A stretch of DNA of 64,000 nt, taken from assembly GCA_030141605.1 (NCBI GenBank), contig JAQGDQ010002367.1:620001-684000 (forward strand), read 5' to 3'. Below, one piece after another: positions 49,501 to 60,703 of the stretch. How positions within the stretch are numbered: the first letter of the stretch is position 1; the number at the start of each line of letters is the position of its first letter. The position numbers and the translations under genes were made by a program. The DNA comes from Tubiluchus corallicola (Eukaryota; Animalia; Priapulida). The notes under the pieces are model-generated. The model did not search any database, was not told where the DNA came from, and was given only the letters and a program-made list of their open reading frames with translations.

Positions 49501-52500
49501 TCAACATTTCGACAAGCTGCCAATTCCAAAATACACGTTTTCTAGTTGACTGAACAAATTTTCTTCACATATTTATAAATATTTAGAAACAACAAAGTTA
49601 AAGTTAGTTTATAGAACTTATTTGTCATCTTGTGACATTTTGCTTTCTTGCATCTATTGTTGCAAATTCTGCAAAGAGTAGTGCAATTCTAAAATTAACA
49701 TACTGCATTTTGGTCCTTTAATAATTAATTAATAACAATTTATTAGCGTGACTTTCCAGATGGCTCGTTGACTTTACAGAATTAAAAAGTATAATAAGAT
49801 CACGGAAATAAAAAATGTTATGCAAATTAAAATCACATTACATCAGGCGACTAACATTTACAAAAACAACTAAAATTTATAAATTATGGGTTACTAAAAA
49901 ATAAAGAAAATAACAGTGTTTTATTTGAGAGTTAAAACAAGGAGACATGGAGACATTTAAAATGTAGGGACAGCTGTTTCCAAAGTTGAGGGGCAGCACA
50001 AAAGAACGACTCTGGGAAGTAACTCTGCTAAGTAGCTTACTAGACCTCAAGTCAATACTCACGATATACTCACGTCAATACTCCTGATGAAATATAACAT
50101 GACCAAGTTAAATTTAGTAGTGCCTGTTTTTTTTGTTTTTTGCTTATGTCAAGCTACGAAACATTAAAGCTCTACTAGCAGTACACATTCGATTACTCAT
50201 TTTACTTTGCCTAATGACTTGCTTTCCTAAAAAGAAGCTTCTTTGTTCCCTATTTGATGACCCACTTAGTATAGTAAATGCAACAAAAATCAGTCAGCAA
50301 CTGTTGACAGTATTCTAACAATTACTCTATTCCACATGTAAGTTCATGCAGAATACAACATGAGGGTTTCATAAAACGTTTTCCGCAAAAAGTGTTCATA
50401 ACAGCACTTACTTTTTACCATGGTGTTTACTAATGATACCAGGCGTGTCAAGAATCACCTAAAAATATAAATCTTAAACATAACAGCTTGAAAACGCATA
50501 CTAGATATCATTTTGATATGTTCTAATTAAAACTATATTCTAGAACAGATCCACTGACTATAATAAAATTTCACATTTATGCAAGATGAAAAGAACTGAA
50601 AATTCACCTCAAAAACCTAGAATAGTGAAACGCTAACTTCTAGCGGATGACTGATTGAAAAAAGGGTAAATATTTCTGATAGGCTCTCACCACACTACAC
50701 CTTGCACAATTTTAGGCTGCATTTCCACTGCATTCACACAAACACATGCATACAGATTTTTCCGTTTGCACATTTTACATCTGCAAAAGTTGTTTCTACT
50801 GCATCCGAACTCATTACACTGTACTTGTATTACAATGTGGCAAAAATAATCAAGTCAGGGGACTTTCGAGGAGAACGAAGCATGCATTTCCTGTTAATGG
50901 TTTAAGAAACGCAATACAGAATACAGCTGATAATAGTCATCTCTTATAATTTTCTCCACTGTAACTAATTATGCGATGCAATTTTGAGAAAGTGTAAAAG
51001 GCCTATATGTTTAGCAATTGCAACAAGTCAAATTGACTGATTCGAAATTCGCAGACAATAAATTTGACAATGTTTGCCATAAATTTGACAAAATCCATTG
51101 AATAAAGAATTGCAAAATCAGACCCAAATTTATGGAAATGCTGAAAAAAGCAAAATTTATAGTAAAAACTAAATGTTTGTTCTTCATCACTGACCTTACA
51201 AGCTATTTCAGCTCACACCTGCCTTGTGAAATTTCTAAGACCGTATATAAGTTCATTTTGTCACAGAGGGAAGGTCTAATCTCTACAGTGTTTCCAGAAA
51301 TGAACTTTTATGTCAGCAGAAAAATGGTTTAACAAGTAAAGTGTATGTAATGGAAATGACAAGCATGGAAAACAATGACTTGCAAAAATGCACTATTGCT
51401 TCAATTTTTTTCCGTATGAGCGACATTTTCCGTATGTCTGTGTGGATGCAATGGAAATGCAGTCTTAACAACATGAACAACAACAACAACAAACATCGTA
51501 CAGGTTTCAGTATTTTTAGAAAGCAAAGTATAAACTATTTCAGAAAGACTTACTTACAATTTGTGCATTGTCTTCCACAATTACAGCAAGAGTCTTCCGC
51601 CTTGTCGTATGAACTTTCACTGATGTTGAACAAACCTTTAATGAATAATCAATTATTAGCAGCAGAAATTATTCACAACACATAAAAAAAGTGTTTTATT
51701 TAATAATCTTCGCAGCGCATTATCTGAAGTAATACAGTGTCTGGCATACCTTTGTTAATCATTACAAAATTGAAAAGAGTTTACAATTCCTCACACAAAC
51801 GAAGACAAACTTTGTGAGACTTTTAATGACACTTTATCTTCTTTATGATTATCTCAGAAGAGCACTATCTTATTTTCAAGCTAATTCCCCACACAATTTA
51901 AATATCCTAACCCTAACTCTAACACTAACCCTAACCCAAACCCTAATCCTAACCTTATCCCTAATCTGTTTCACGAACCAATTTCTTGTGTGTGAAGAAT
52001 TGTAAACTTTAGCCAGAAAATCTTTACCCCAGTAAGAACTAAAATACCATAATGGGGTGGACAGAAAGACAGTTTTATGAGCTTTAAGTCAAATTAGAAT
52101 TACTTTAACATTCAGTGCCAAAACATCAATTATTAATCAACCTTATAAAAAAATCATTATTCTCATGATCAGGAGGCATGCCTTGCAAAACCATGCAAAA
52201 CTTCGGATGAGCAGTGACCTAGTACCAGGCAAAAATTACCTACAAATTAAAGTTAAAACGCATTTGCTCCAATGCCTGAAAATTCAGCTTAAAAAACAAA
52301 TTATCAAAATATCTTTATTTTCAGACAACAGTCATGAGTTACTAAAGAATCAAATGCCTGAAAATTCAGCTTAAAAACAAATCATCAAAATATTTCTTTT
52401 CAGACAACAGTCACGAGTTACTAAAGAATCAAATGCCTGAAAATTCAGCTTAAAAACAAATCATCAAAATATCTTTATTTTCAGACAACAGTCATGAGTT

Positions 52501-55500
52501 ACTAAAGAATCAAATGCCTGAAAATTCAGCTTAAAAACAAATCATCAAAATATCTTTATTTTCAGACAACAGTCATGAGTTACTAAAGAATCAAATGCCT
52601 GAAAATTCAGCTTAAAAACAAATCATCGAAATATCTTTATTTTCAGACAACAGTCATGAGTTACTAAAGAATCAAATGCCTGAAAATTCAGCTTAAAAAC
52701 AAATCATCGAAATACCTTTATTTTCAGACAACAGTCATGAGTTACTAAAGAATCAAATGCCTGAAAATTCAGCTTAAAAACAAATCATCAAAATATCTTT
52801 ATTTTCAGACAACAGTCATGAGTTACTAAAGAATCAAATGCCTGAAAATTCAGCTTAAAAACAAATCATCAAAATATCTTTATTTTCAGACAACAGTCAT
52901 GAGTTACTAAAGAATCAAATGCCTGAAAATTCAGCTTAAAAACAAATCATCAAAATATCTTTATTTTCAGACAACAGTCATGAGTTACTAAAGAATCAAA
53001 TGCCTGAAAGTTCAGCTTAAAAACAAATCATCAAAATATCTTTATTTTCAGACAACAGTCATGAGTTACTAAAGAATCAAATGCCTGAAAATTCAGCTTA
53101 AAAACAAATCATCAAAATATCTTTATTTTCAGACAACAGTCATGAGTTACTAAAGAATCAAATTAAGTCAAAATAAACGAATTTTGAAATGCCAAAATCT
53201 ACATCAGTGTTACAAATAACAGATATCTACCTAAGAACAAGATCATACTATATTTAAATTTACCACTACAGTAAATAGCAATGGTAAAAACTGAAACGCA
53301 ATACAGCGGACACGTTGTTTAGCAAATTCACTTTGGGACTAAAGTGTTCTGACCCAATTAACCCACCAAGTCATTGGGACAAGGTCTTACTTCATGCTTA
53401 AGGTGTATGAGTCATCATCTTGTATACAATACAAAAGTCCCAAAGCTTAAATGAATTTCAGAAGCAAATTAATGCCTGAACTGAATGTCCGAGAAATATT
53501 TATAATATCTGAAATTAGTTAAAACACTATTTTTATAAAAGTTAATTAGTAAAAAAAAGTAAATAAAAAATTCTGCTTTTAAAGAACTACAAGAATTTGT
53601 TTATTCACACTAAAAACATAGGAATATGTGTATGGTCGACCTTTTCATTTTTTGTGAAGAAGTTGGCCAATAATGTTTTCACAGTTATAAAAATGCTTAT
53701 AATCTCAGCTCATATTCATGTAAAACAGCTACCACACGACTAAGGTTTGTGCATCTCGTGAGCATCACCTTTACGCTTGTAATATCGCAAAGATTGCTGT
53801 GCACAGCAGGAAACTTCAAAAGCAAATACACTGTCAGTAATTAAGGGTATAAATTCTTGAACAATGAGGCTGACTGGGGCAAACAAGTAATGCTTTCAAA
53901 GAAAATTGTTATGCTAGCTTATTGGGCGAATATAATAAATGTACCTGCTTACAAACAAAACATGCTTCGTTTACACATATTATAATGTACAAAAGTGAAA
54001 CAAATATCATCTAAAGTGGTAACAGCTATTTGTACGGTATGCTCCAGTTTAAGTACATGCAGTAAAAACAATGAGTCAACCGAGTCTCATACTAGACGTC
54101 TATAAGTCCATTAAGCAAATGATTCTATTAACCGTGAGTCTAGTAAATGGCACCCATTGTATTAATTATGTTAGACGCAAGAGATAATTATTTGTATGAC
54201 TAAGTTTACAACTCGTTATCAAATAAGCTGTCTTTATAATACTTTAAAAGAGCTATTAAAATCATACTCACCCTCTGTCCCAGCAAGTGATTTGTCAGCG
54301 TTGACTTTCCGGTATTGGGAGTTCCGAGAATGGCAACTCGTAATAAGAGTGGATTGGATGGTTGTGCAGGACAGGCATTAAGCCATTTCTTGTACTCATC
54401 TGGAAATGGGAAGCCAAGTACTAGACTTAATTTTCAACCATTCATAATTCACAATCATAAAATTTGATATTTATATTTAAGAAAAATATTTAGGACACGA
54501 AATAAAAAACATCTCCACATACATAATCCAGACAACAAAGCTCAATTGTAAACTTTTCTCAAGTTCAAAATCCTAGCCCCAAACATTCCTTTCCATCCCA
54601 AAAGAAAAGAGAAAGCTTTTCATTATTTCCGAGTTTTTGTGATTTTCTGTGTTAATGGGAGGAGACTTTCCTGTGTCAACTTTTCACCTCTGTCAGTGAC
54701 ATGTTGATTTGTCTAAACGCTCAGCGTCCTAATTTTCAGAATAAAAGGCCTGAACAATGAATTTCAAAGAAGTGATCAAAGTGAACAGTGAACAAAGAAG
54801 TGATCCTGAGAAAGAGTGATTTTATCAATTGATGCTTCGCCTTACGGCTTGGGAGCTGTTATTGCTCATAGGTTCCAGATGGTATTGAAAGGCCTATCAG
54901 TTTTGCCTCTAGGACCTTGGCCCCTGCGGAAACTATAAATCTTCTTGAGTTTCTAGATGCTTTCCTACTGGCGTTGATCTCATTAGTATTATCTTAGGTG
55001 ACATGTACTTGATTTTCCATCTCTTAGTTTTTGCTAGTTCTAGTTCGAAGAGTTAGTTCTTTTGCATTATAAAGTTTCAAGTTCTTTGATGTTAGTGCTC
55101 TGTTCACTTACAGTTCATAGTTGCATAGTTTGAAGTTATCAAATGTTCAAAGTTATAGCACTATACCTACAATGTATTGTACTGTAGTTGAACGTTCTAA
55201 GTTTATGTCATTCACTGCAATGTTCATTTGTTCAGAACATATAACTCATTGTTTCAGGCAAAGCAGAATTTTTCTTTGAAGTACCTCTATTAATTTTTAG
55301 TTCCAATGATTAAGAATATTTTCTTTTCCAATTACGTGCATCACTCAAATAAGTAAGCATAATGCTAAGTACTATAAAACTTTGAACCTTCTACGGAAGA
55401 TTCTTTTGGGATATACTATAAAATTCACATTTCTTCCTCTTAAAAATATACACTACTGTTGTAATTACTATTTATCCCAACTAGACATAAACAGTTACCA

Positions 55501-57918
55501 AGAAGCCACAAAGATTATAAAGTGGCAGTGTCGAAAAGTTAGTTAAAGTTTCTACTCAGTTACCATTTGATCGGCTAACATTTCTTTCTGCAGTTGCAGT
55601 TGAATTAGAAACATCTGATTCTGCTAGCTGGGACACAAAGCGAACAAGTAAGGGCACTGGCAATTTATAGAACTGGCTCCAACATTTCAGACAAATACCT
55701 AAATAAGAAATGAAAAGTGTGTAGTTGTTAGTAATAAATACTCTGAAATAAGATAATATTTATGAAGAAACAGCAACCTTACAGCAAGGAAAACCATTTT
55801 CTTATTATGTTATTTTGCTTTACCCTTCTCAATACATGCTTATTTTATCTCAGCTATTTGTCATTTTATAGCTATTATGTTTGACAGTCTTTCTTTCGAT
55901 TTGTCGTTAAATTCTCTCTTCAAATTGCAAGGTGTTGTACAGTAAGTCCTCGCTGAATGATGCTAATGCATTTCAGCAAAATGCGACATTAAATGAAATG
56001 CTCGTTAAACGAAACCAAGACTTCCATAGAAAGTAATGTAAAAGAACTGAGATGAGTCCAAGAAGCAAAAATCGTTGCTGTTTAAATCATGTACATCAAA
56101 CCTTTAATGAGTTTTATTCATATTTTTACTGATTATCTACAGATGTTATCTTTTTTTGTGCACATGTGTCTTTTTGCACTAGTGTTTTTCCTTTACTAAT
56201 AGGTATCTTTACGACTTTTGTTACTTTATTAACAAAAGGTATAAATCAATTAAAATGAAATTATTCATTCATTGCAGCCTATATCTATATCTGTTTCTAC
56301 TTTGAAAATAAGCCCTTGAATGCTCTTAGCTTATAACCAGCAGAGTATTTGCTTGATTAGTTGACCAATTAATTTATGTGAGAAAAGTATCATTATCATT
56401 CACCTAGTATAATCGAATATATTATTTTAGTTTTAATTTCGATTACGAATCACACTTTGCCAATAAATGCCCCTATCACTTCATTATACATAATATTATA
56501 TGCATATTATGGCATTACGATTGTTCTTAATAGCCATATTTATAAAATTATTTGGTTATAACGACTTATAATATAACCTCTCTTCGCCCACATATAATCA
56601 ACATTATTTTTCTCATGATACGAAAAATTTTGGATGTATTATTGTACCATTAATTTTGCTAATGAATCACTTATATTCTTATAATTTGCCCCCCCCGCGC
56701 CCCATAGCCCATCTTTAATGGTTATGATGGCTACATTACTACCATTTAAATGTTCTATTTAAATTTGGGTACATATATGTGTATATGTATATCATTGTAT
56801 ATACAAGTAAGTAATATGGTGCATTGTAATACAAGTAAGTGGTGCATTGACAGATAATCACCTAATTCAAATTCATAACTATTTAAAAACTTTTTTCACT
56901 CTTTAAGGCTCACTCAAAGTCGTAATTACATATTATGTTTTCCTTTCTCAACTTTCAGGTTTATTGCTCTTATACCATTGCTATTATTACAACATTATTT
57001 CATCCTTATTTTCATTAAGTTATCTACAGAAGCATGCATAATTATAATCATTTTTTCATTTAAGTAAGGTGAGTGTGTTAATGACCGTATGGTCGTACAC
57101 TCACCTCACACTACTCAAATTATTTTATTTAACATTTATTAATGTGTTTGATATTGTATTTTTTTTCATAGTTCATAGATTATTTCTTTCTGTTTGCATG
57201 AAACTTATCTTTCATATTAATATCTAGCTAGACTTGCTAGCGGTCTCTTGAAGCCTGTATACAGGCAGTCAGCAGTTAAATACTGCACAGTGAAAGCCAA
57301 GCCCTGTATAAAGCGACCTTGAAACAATTTCAGGTAGTACTAATCTGGTTGTTATAGCAACAAGTTACAGACAAAATTAAACTCGGGTGCTTGGAGACGT
57401 ATAAATTGGCAAATAAATCTCGCTTAATGCAAACGGCTAGAATTTAGTATGTAGTCAGTCAGTAAGCCAAGCCATTATAATAATTGCACTGTTTGGGTTA
57501 CTAATGCGTTTTTAGAACAGAATAACGCAATTTGTACCGCTAAAATACTTCAAATTATGTATAAAAGTTGTAGATAAAATAAAAAGCCGTTGTAATAAAA
57601 TTATAATAATAAGTTGTAAGCAAAGTAAAAAAAATCCTCGCTAAAATGAAACGTGCGTCGTTAAGTGACAAAAAGGTGTGAAATGTTCAGCGTCGTTAAA
57701 ACCAAGCGTCGCTAAACGCAGTCGTTAAGCGAGGACTTATTGTATACTTTTCCACCTTTGCTTTTCGTATATCTTTTTCAGTTTTGCAAAAGTAATGTTG
57801 CGAACGAACAAAATACAGTGTTAACTAAAACTAATAACACATAACTTAATTTATATTAATTACCATGATTTGGCATTAACAATTTGGAAAAACACGAACG
57901 CTTCATGCTAGCTGACAT
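43566..57918 (-). CDS. ERAL1: GTPase Era, mitochondrial; 11 exons, 496 aa
   Basis: Exons 57918-57864, 55698-55564, 54420-54272, 51635-51558, 50458-50412, 49457-49396, 47826-47714, 47034-46558, 45729-45580, 45047-44967, 43709-43566 (1491 nt). G1 GTPNTGKS, G2 KVHTTR, G3 DTPG, G4 NKVD, G5 VSAL, LPQEIPY and KH-domain IGKEG. The first two (targeting-peptide) exons are less certain. Confidence 0.92.
48813..49161. mobile_element. hAT-like MITE with perfect 8-bp TSD
   Basis: cttacagc|cagggccatat ... atatggcccta|cttacagc (TSD at 48805-48812 and 49162-49169). Confidence 0.85.
51776..52009. mobile_element. MITE-like element with ~20-bp TIRs and internal (CCTAAC)-like repeats
   Basis: agtttacaattcctcacaca ... 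tgtgtgaagaattgtaaact; ctaaccctaa-type tract at 51907-51965. Confidence 0.65.
52271..53162. repeat. 81-bp tandem array, about 11 near-identical copies
   Basis: Unit aatgcctgaaaattcagcttaaaaacaaatcatcaaaatatctttattttcagacaacagtcatgagttactaaagaatca, in ERAL1 intron 3. Confidence 0.95.
54801..54931 (+). mobile_element. Ty3/gypsy RNase H fragment
   Basis: Frameshifted DPEKE/VILSIDASPYGLGAVIAHRF/PDGIERPISFASRTLAPAE. Confidence 0.75.
55940..57742. mobile_element. Tigger/pogo-like non-autonomous DNA transposon, ~1.8 kb, TA TSD
   Basis: TA|cagtaagtcctcgctgaatg ... cgttaagcgaggacttattg|TA; no transposase ORF. Confidence 0.7.
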
Positions 57919-58263
57919 GTTTCCAGTTTACATCGTGCAAATAATTAGCGCACCGTAGAGATCTTTGACTTACTCCTTGAACTTAGTGTTGAAATTATGA
58001 TTTTTGTCTCGTAATTATTTAAAAAAACAAATGAAAATCAGGTAACTATTACTGCATTTTAATTTATTTGGAGCTTAGGATCTTTATGCTGAACAACAAA
58101 TTGAAATGCTAATCCAAAATGATTTTGCTGAATAAATTTGGGCAGAGAATCCCTAAACAAACACTGCTATTGTTAAGAATAACAGAGAGAAACAACAGCA
58201 GAAACAACAATAACATTTATAATAATAATAATAATAATAAAAATAAGAATAAGAATAATAACG

Positions 58264-58323
<60 letters not shown>

Positions 58324-59034
58324 CTGTAATTATTATACCTAAAATTACACTACCGTGAAGATGAACATTAATGAAAATTGAAAGTGTATAGGCAAATTAA
58401 CAATCGATTATTCTAGAAAAAGAAAGCAAAATGGAACCAGTGAAAGCACACCACAATGTAGACATGAACAACAGAATTATTAACTAAATTAAACTGAAAA
58501 TGTTTAATGGCAGAATATAAGTTAGGCAGAAAAGATGTCAAATAGGCAATCTAGCTGTCATCGTAATTTACACTGGACGCCAAAACAAATAACACAGATG
58601 ATAATAAAATTAAGAGTAATCTGTAGAATAAACGGAATAAAATTTAACGTTGATCAAGTATGATGTATTGCGCATTCAAGTTTGCTACTTTGCACTAGAG
58701 TTCTCGACTTCTTGCCTCTCGGCCTGGCGTGAACAAGTGTTACACGGTAGTGCTACTTTGTTACGTTTTATGTAAAACAACAACAACCTAAGTTGAACAC
58801 TGCTGAACATCTTAATGAACTAATGATGTCAGGAGCTAAACTTTGAACATTGTTAAAACGTGCTATGGCATTTCGCCTGAGATGGTTTTATAAGTTTTGT
58901 AGTTAGTGCCCAGGCATTATTGCACTCTTTAACGTTCTTCGTGAATGAAATACTAGTAGGCCTACTAGTCACAGTGTTCAAAAAGGACAACACCTTTTTA
59001 AACTGATATAACGCGTCTACTTTTGTGTCTTTTG
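57919..59034. promoter_or_regulatory. probable bidirectional promoter region between ERAL1 and TRMT11
   Basis: Divergent start codons about 1.1 kb apart; inferred from layout only. Confidence 0.45.
58219..58322. repeat. (AAT)n microsatellite
   Basis: Directly visible. Confidence 0.95.
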
Positions 59035-60429
59035 ATGGCTGTTAGTGGAATTTGCAGAAAATATTTGTTTTTGTATGCAAATGAACACATAGATTTTAGA
59101 CTTCCAGAACTAAAATCTATTTCGATTCTACAAAATCTCAAGCTTAAACTTGACGAACAGTTGTACAATCATGAAAACCCATTTCTTGTATTAGAGTTAA
59201 AAACTGACGAAGAAGCATGCAAAATTATGAAAAGGACTATTTTAATCAGATCTATGTATGAACTTTGGGCATCAGCGCCATCGCATGATGAATTGTATGC
59301 ACAACTAGCTGCTTATCCGACAGAATTAAAGAATCCCTATCTCAGAAGCAACACATCTTTCAGGCTTCGAATCGACGCCTTTGGAAAATCTCTGCAAACC
59401 ACATACAAACTTAAGCGAATTGATGAGATACTTTCTACATTGCCTTTTGAAGGACGTGTAGATTTGCGCAAAGCACAACATAGTTTTCATTTGCTAGAAC
59501 ACTATAACACAGAACCACCAACTGTTCCACAATGCATCTATTTTGGTAGGTGGATAATGGATGGACAAAGAGATAAAGTGAGATTATATCATCTACAACA
59601 ACGTAAGCACATAGGGAATACATCAATGGATTCACAATTGTCTCTCATCATGGCAAATCAAGCTAAAGTACAAAAAAATTCTATTGTGCTCGACCCCTTC
59701 GTTGGAACTGGCAGCTTATTAATAGCTGCTGCTGCATTTGGTGCTTATGTAATAGGTGCTGATATAGACTACAAAGTCATACATGGCAGAGGCAAGTCAA
59801 GTCGACCTAATAAAAAATATCGAGGACCTGATGAAAATATACAGGCAAACTTTCAACAATACAAATTAATTAATAACTATATTGGAGTAGTTCTAGCCGA
59901 TGCATCAAAGCCGGTTTGGAGGACTGAATTGTTCTGTGATGCCATCATTACTGACCCTCCGTATGGAATTAGAGAAGCGACAAGGAAAACCAAATCACAG
60001 AAGTGTTCTGATACAGAGGAAAATAGCGGTGATTGTGATAAGAATGAAGGTGTGCAGTATAAACTAGCTGACTTGTTTAAAGATCTGTTAAACTTCTCTG
60101 CAAAAATTTTAAAAGTGGGTGGTAGATTAGTTTACTGGTTACCAGTATACAGGCCAGAGTACAGTGAAAAGAATGTGCCAGCTCACTCATGTTTGAAACT
60201 GATCTCTAACAGTGAACAAATACTGGCTACGAATATTAGCAGACGTCTGATAACGATGGAAAAAATTTGTGATATTGATGAAGTTGAAGGAGATACGGTT
60301 GCTAAAATTCGTGAAAATCATTACAAGAGTAGCTTCCGCCAAAAATATTTTGCTGCCACGTCTTCTAGTGACAAATATTCTGAGGAAGCTAGTAAAATTG
60401 TCCACCACCAAAAAAACAGATCCAGTTGA
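59035..60429 (+). CDS. TRMT11: tRNA (guanine(10)-N2)-methyltransferase, intronless ORF, 464 aa
   Basis: EHIDFRLPEL N-terminus, THUMP-like region, IGNTSMDSQLS, VLDPFVGTGSLL (SAM motif I), GADIDY, ITDPPYGIRE, GGRLVYWLP, ISNSEQ..SRRLITMEK, SFRQKYF. Confidence 0.95.
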   Translation: MAVSGICRKYLFLYANEHIDFRLPELKSISILQNLKLKLDEQLYNHENPFLVLELKTDEEACKIMKRTILIRSMYELWASAPSHDELYAQLAAYPTELKNPYLRSNTSFRLRIDAFGKSLQTTYKLKRIDEILSTLPFEGRVDLRKAQHSFHLLEHYNTEPPTVPQCIYFGRWIMDGQRDKVRLYHLQQRKHIGNTSMDSQLSLIMANQAKVQKNSIVLDPFVGTGSLLIAAAAFGAYVIGADIDYKVIHGRGKSSRPNKKYRGPDENIQANFQQYKLINNYIGVVLADASKPVWRTELFCDAIITDPPYGIREATRKTKSQKCSDTEENSGDCDKNEGVQYKLADLFKDLLNFSAKILKVGGRLVYWLPVYRPEYSEKNVPAHSCLKLISNSEQILATNISRRLITMEKICDIDEVEGDTVAKIRENHYKSSFRQKYFAATSSSDKYSEEASKIVHHQKNRSS

Positions 60430-60490
60430 CCAGAAAATGAATATCGTTTATTAATTTGTTTTTACAGTTCGTGGGATAATCTGCCTAGAC

Positions 60491-60703
60491 AAACGTTGAA
60501 TGCCCTTGTCTCAAAATATTTTTATTTCTTACAAAAGCTTTCGCTATGCCTGGCCTCATCAGTTGCATAGACAGCGCTGCTAACCAGTGAAAGTCACACT
60601 CCGGTTAGCAGCACAGTCTGTACATCTGATGATGCCCGCTAGGGTGAAAGCTTCTGGAAAAATAAAAATAATTATTTTGCGACTGCAAGTGCCTTCAAGG
60701 TTT
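60491..60703. repeat. ~210-bp imperfect inverted repeat, each arm with a hammerhead-like core (possible Penelope-type remnant)
   Basis: Left arm aaacgttgaatgcc...aaagctttcgctatgcctggcctcatcagttgcatagacagcgctgctaacc pairs with right arm ggttagcagcacagtctgtacatctgatgatgcccgctagggtgaaagctt...gccttcaaggttt. Confidence 0.75.

Noticed and set aside
51907-51965. Interstitial telomeric repeat
   Set aside because: Short, degenerate CCTAAC-type tract inside a TIR-bounded MITE
52325-52362. Short similarities of the 81-bp unit to the conserved 28S region (agtaact.atgact; caaatgcct)
   Set aside because: Only 9-13 nt, in opposite orientations and not positioned as D/D' guides; likely chance
52271-53162. 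81-bp array (and the 34-bp and 46-bp arrays) as CRISPR arrays
   Set aside because: Units are contiguous with no unique spacers, no cas genes are present, and the context is a eukaryotic intron
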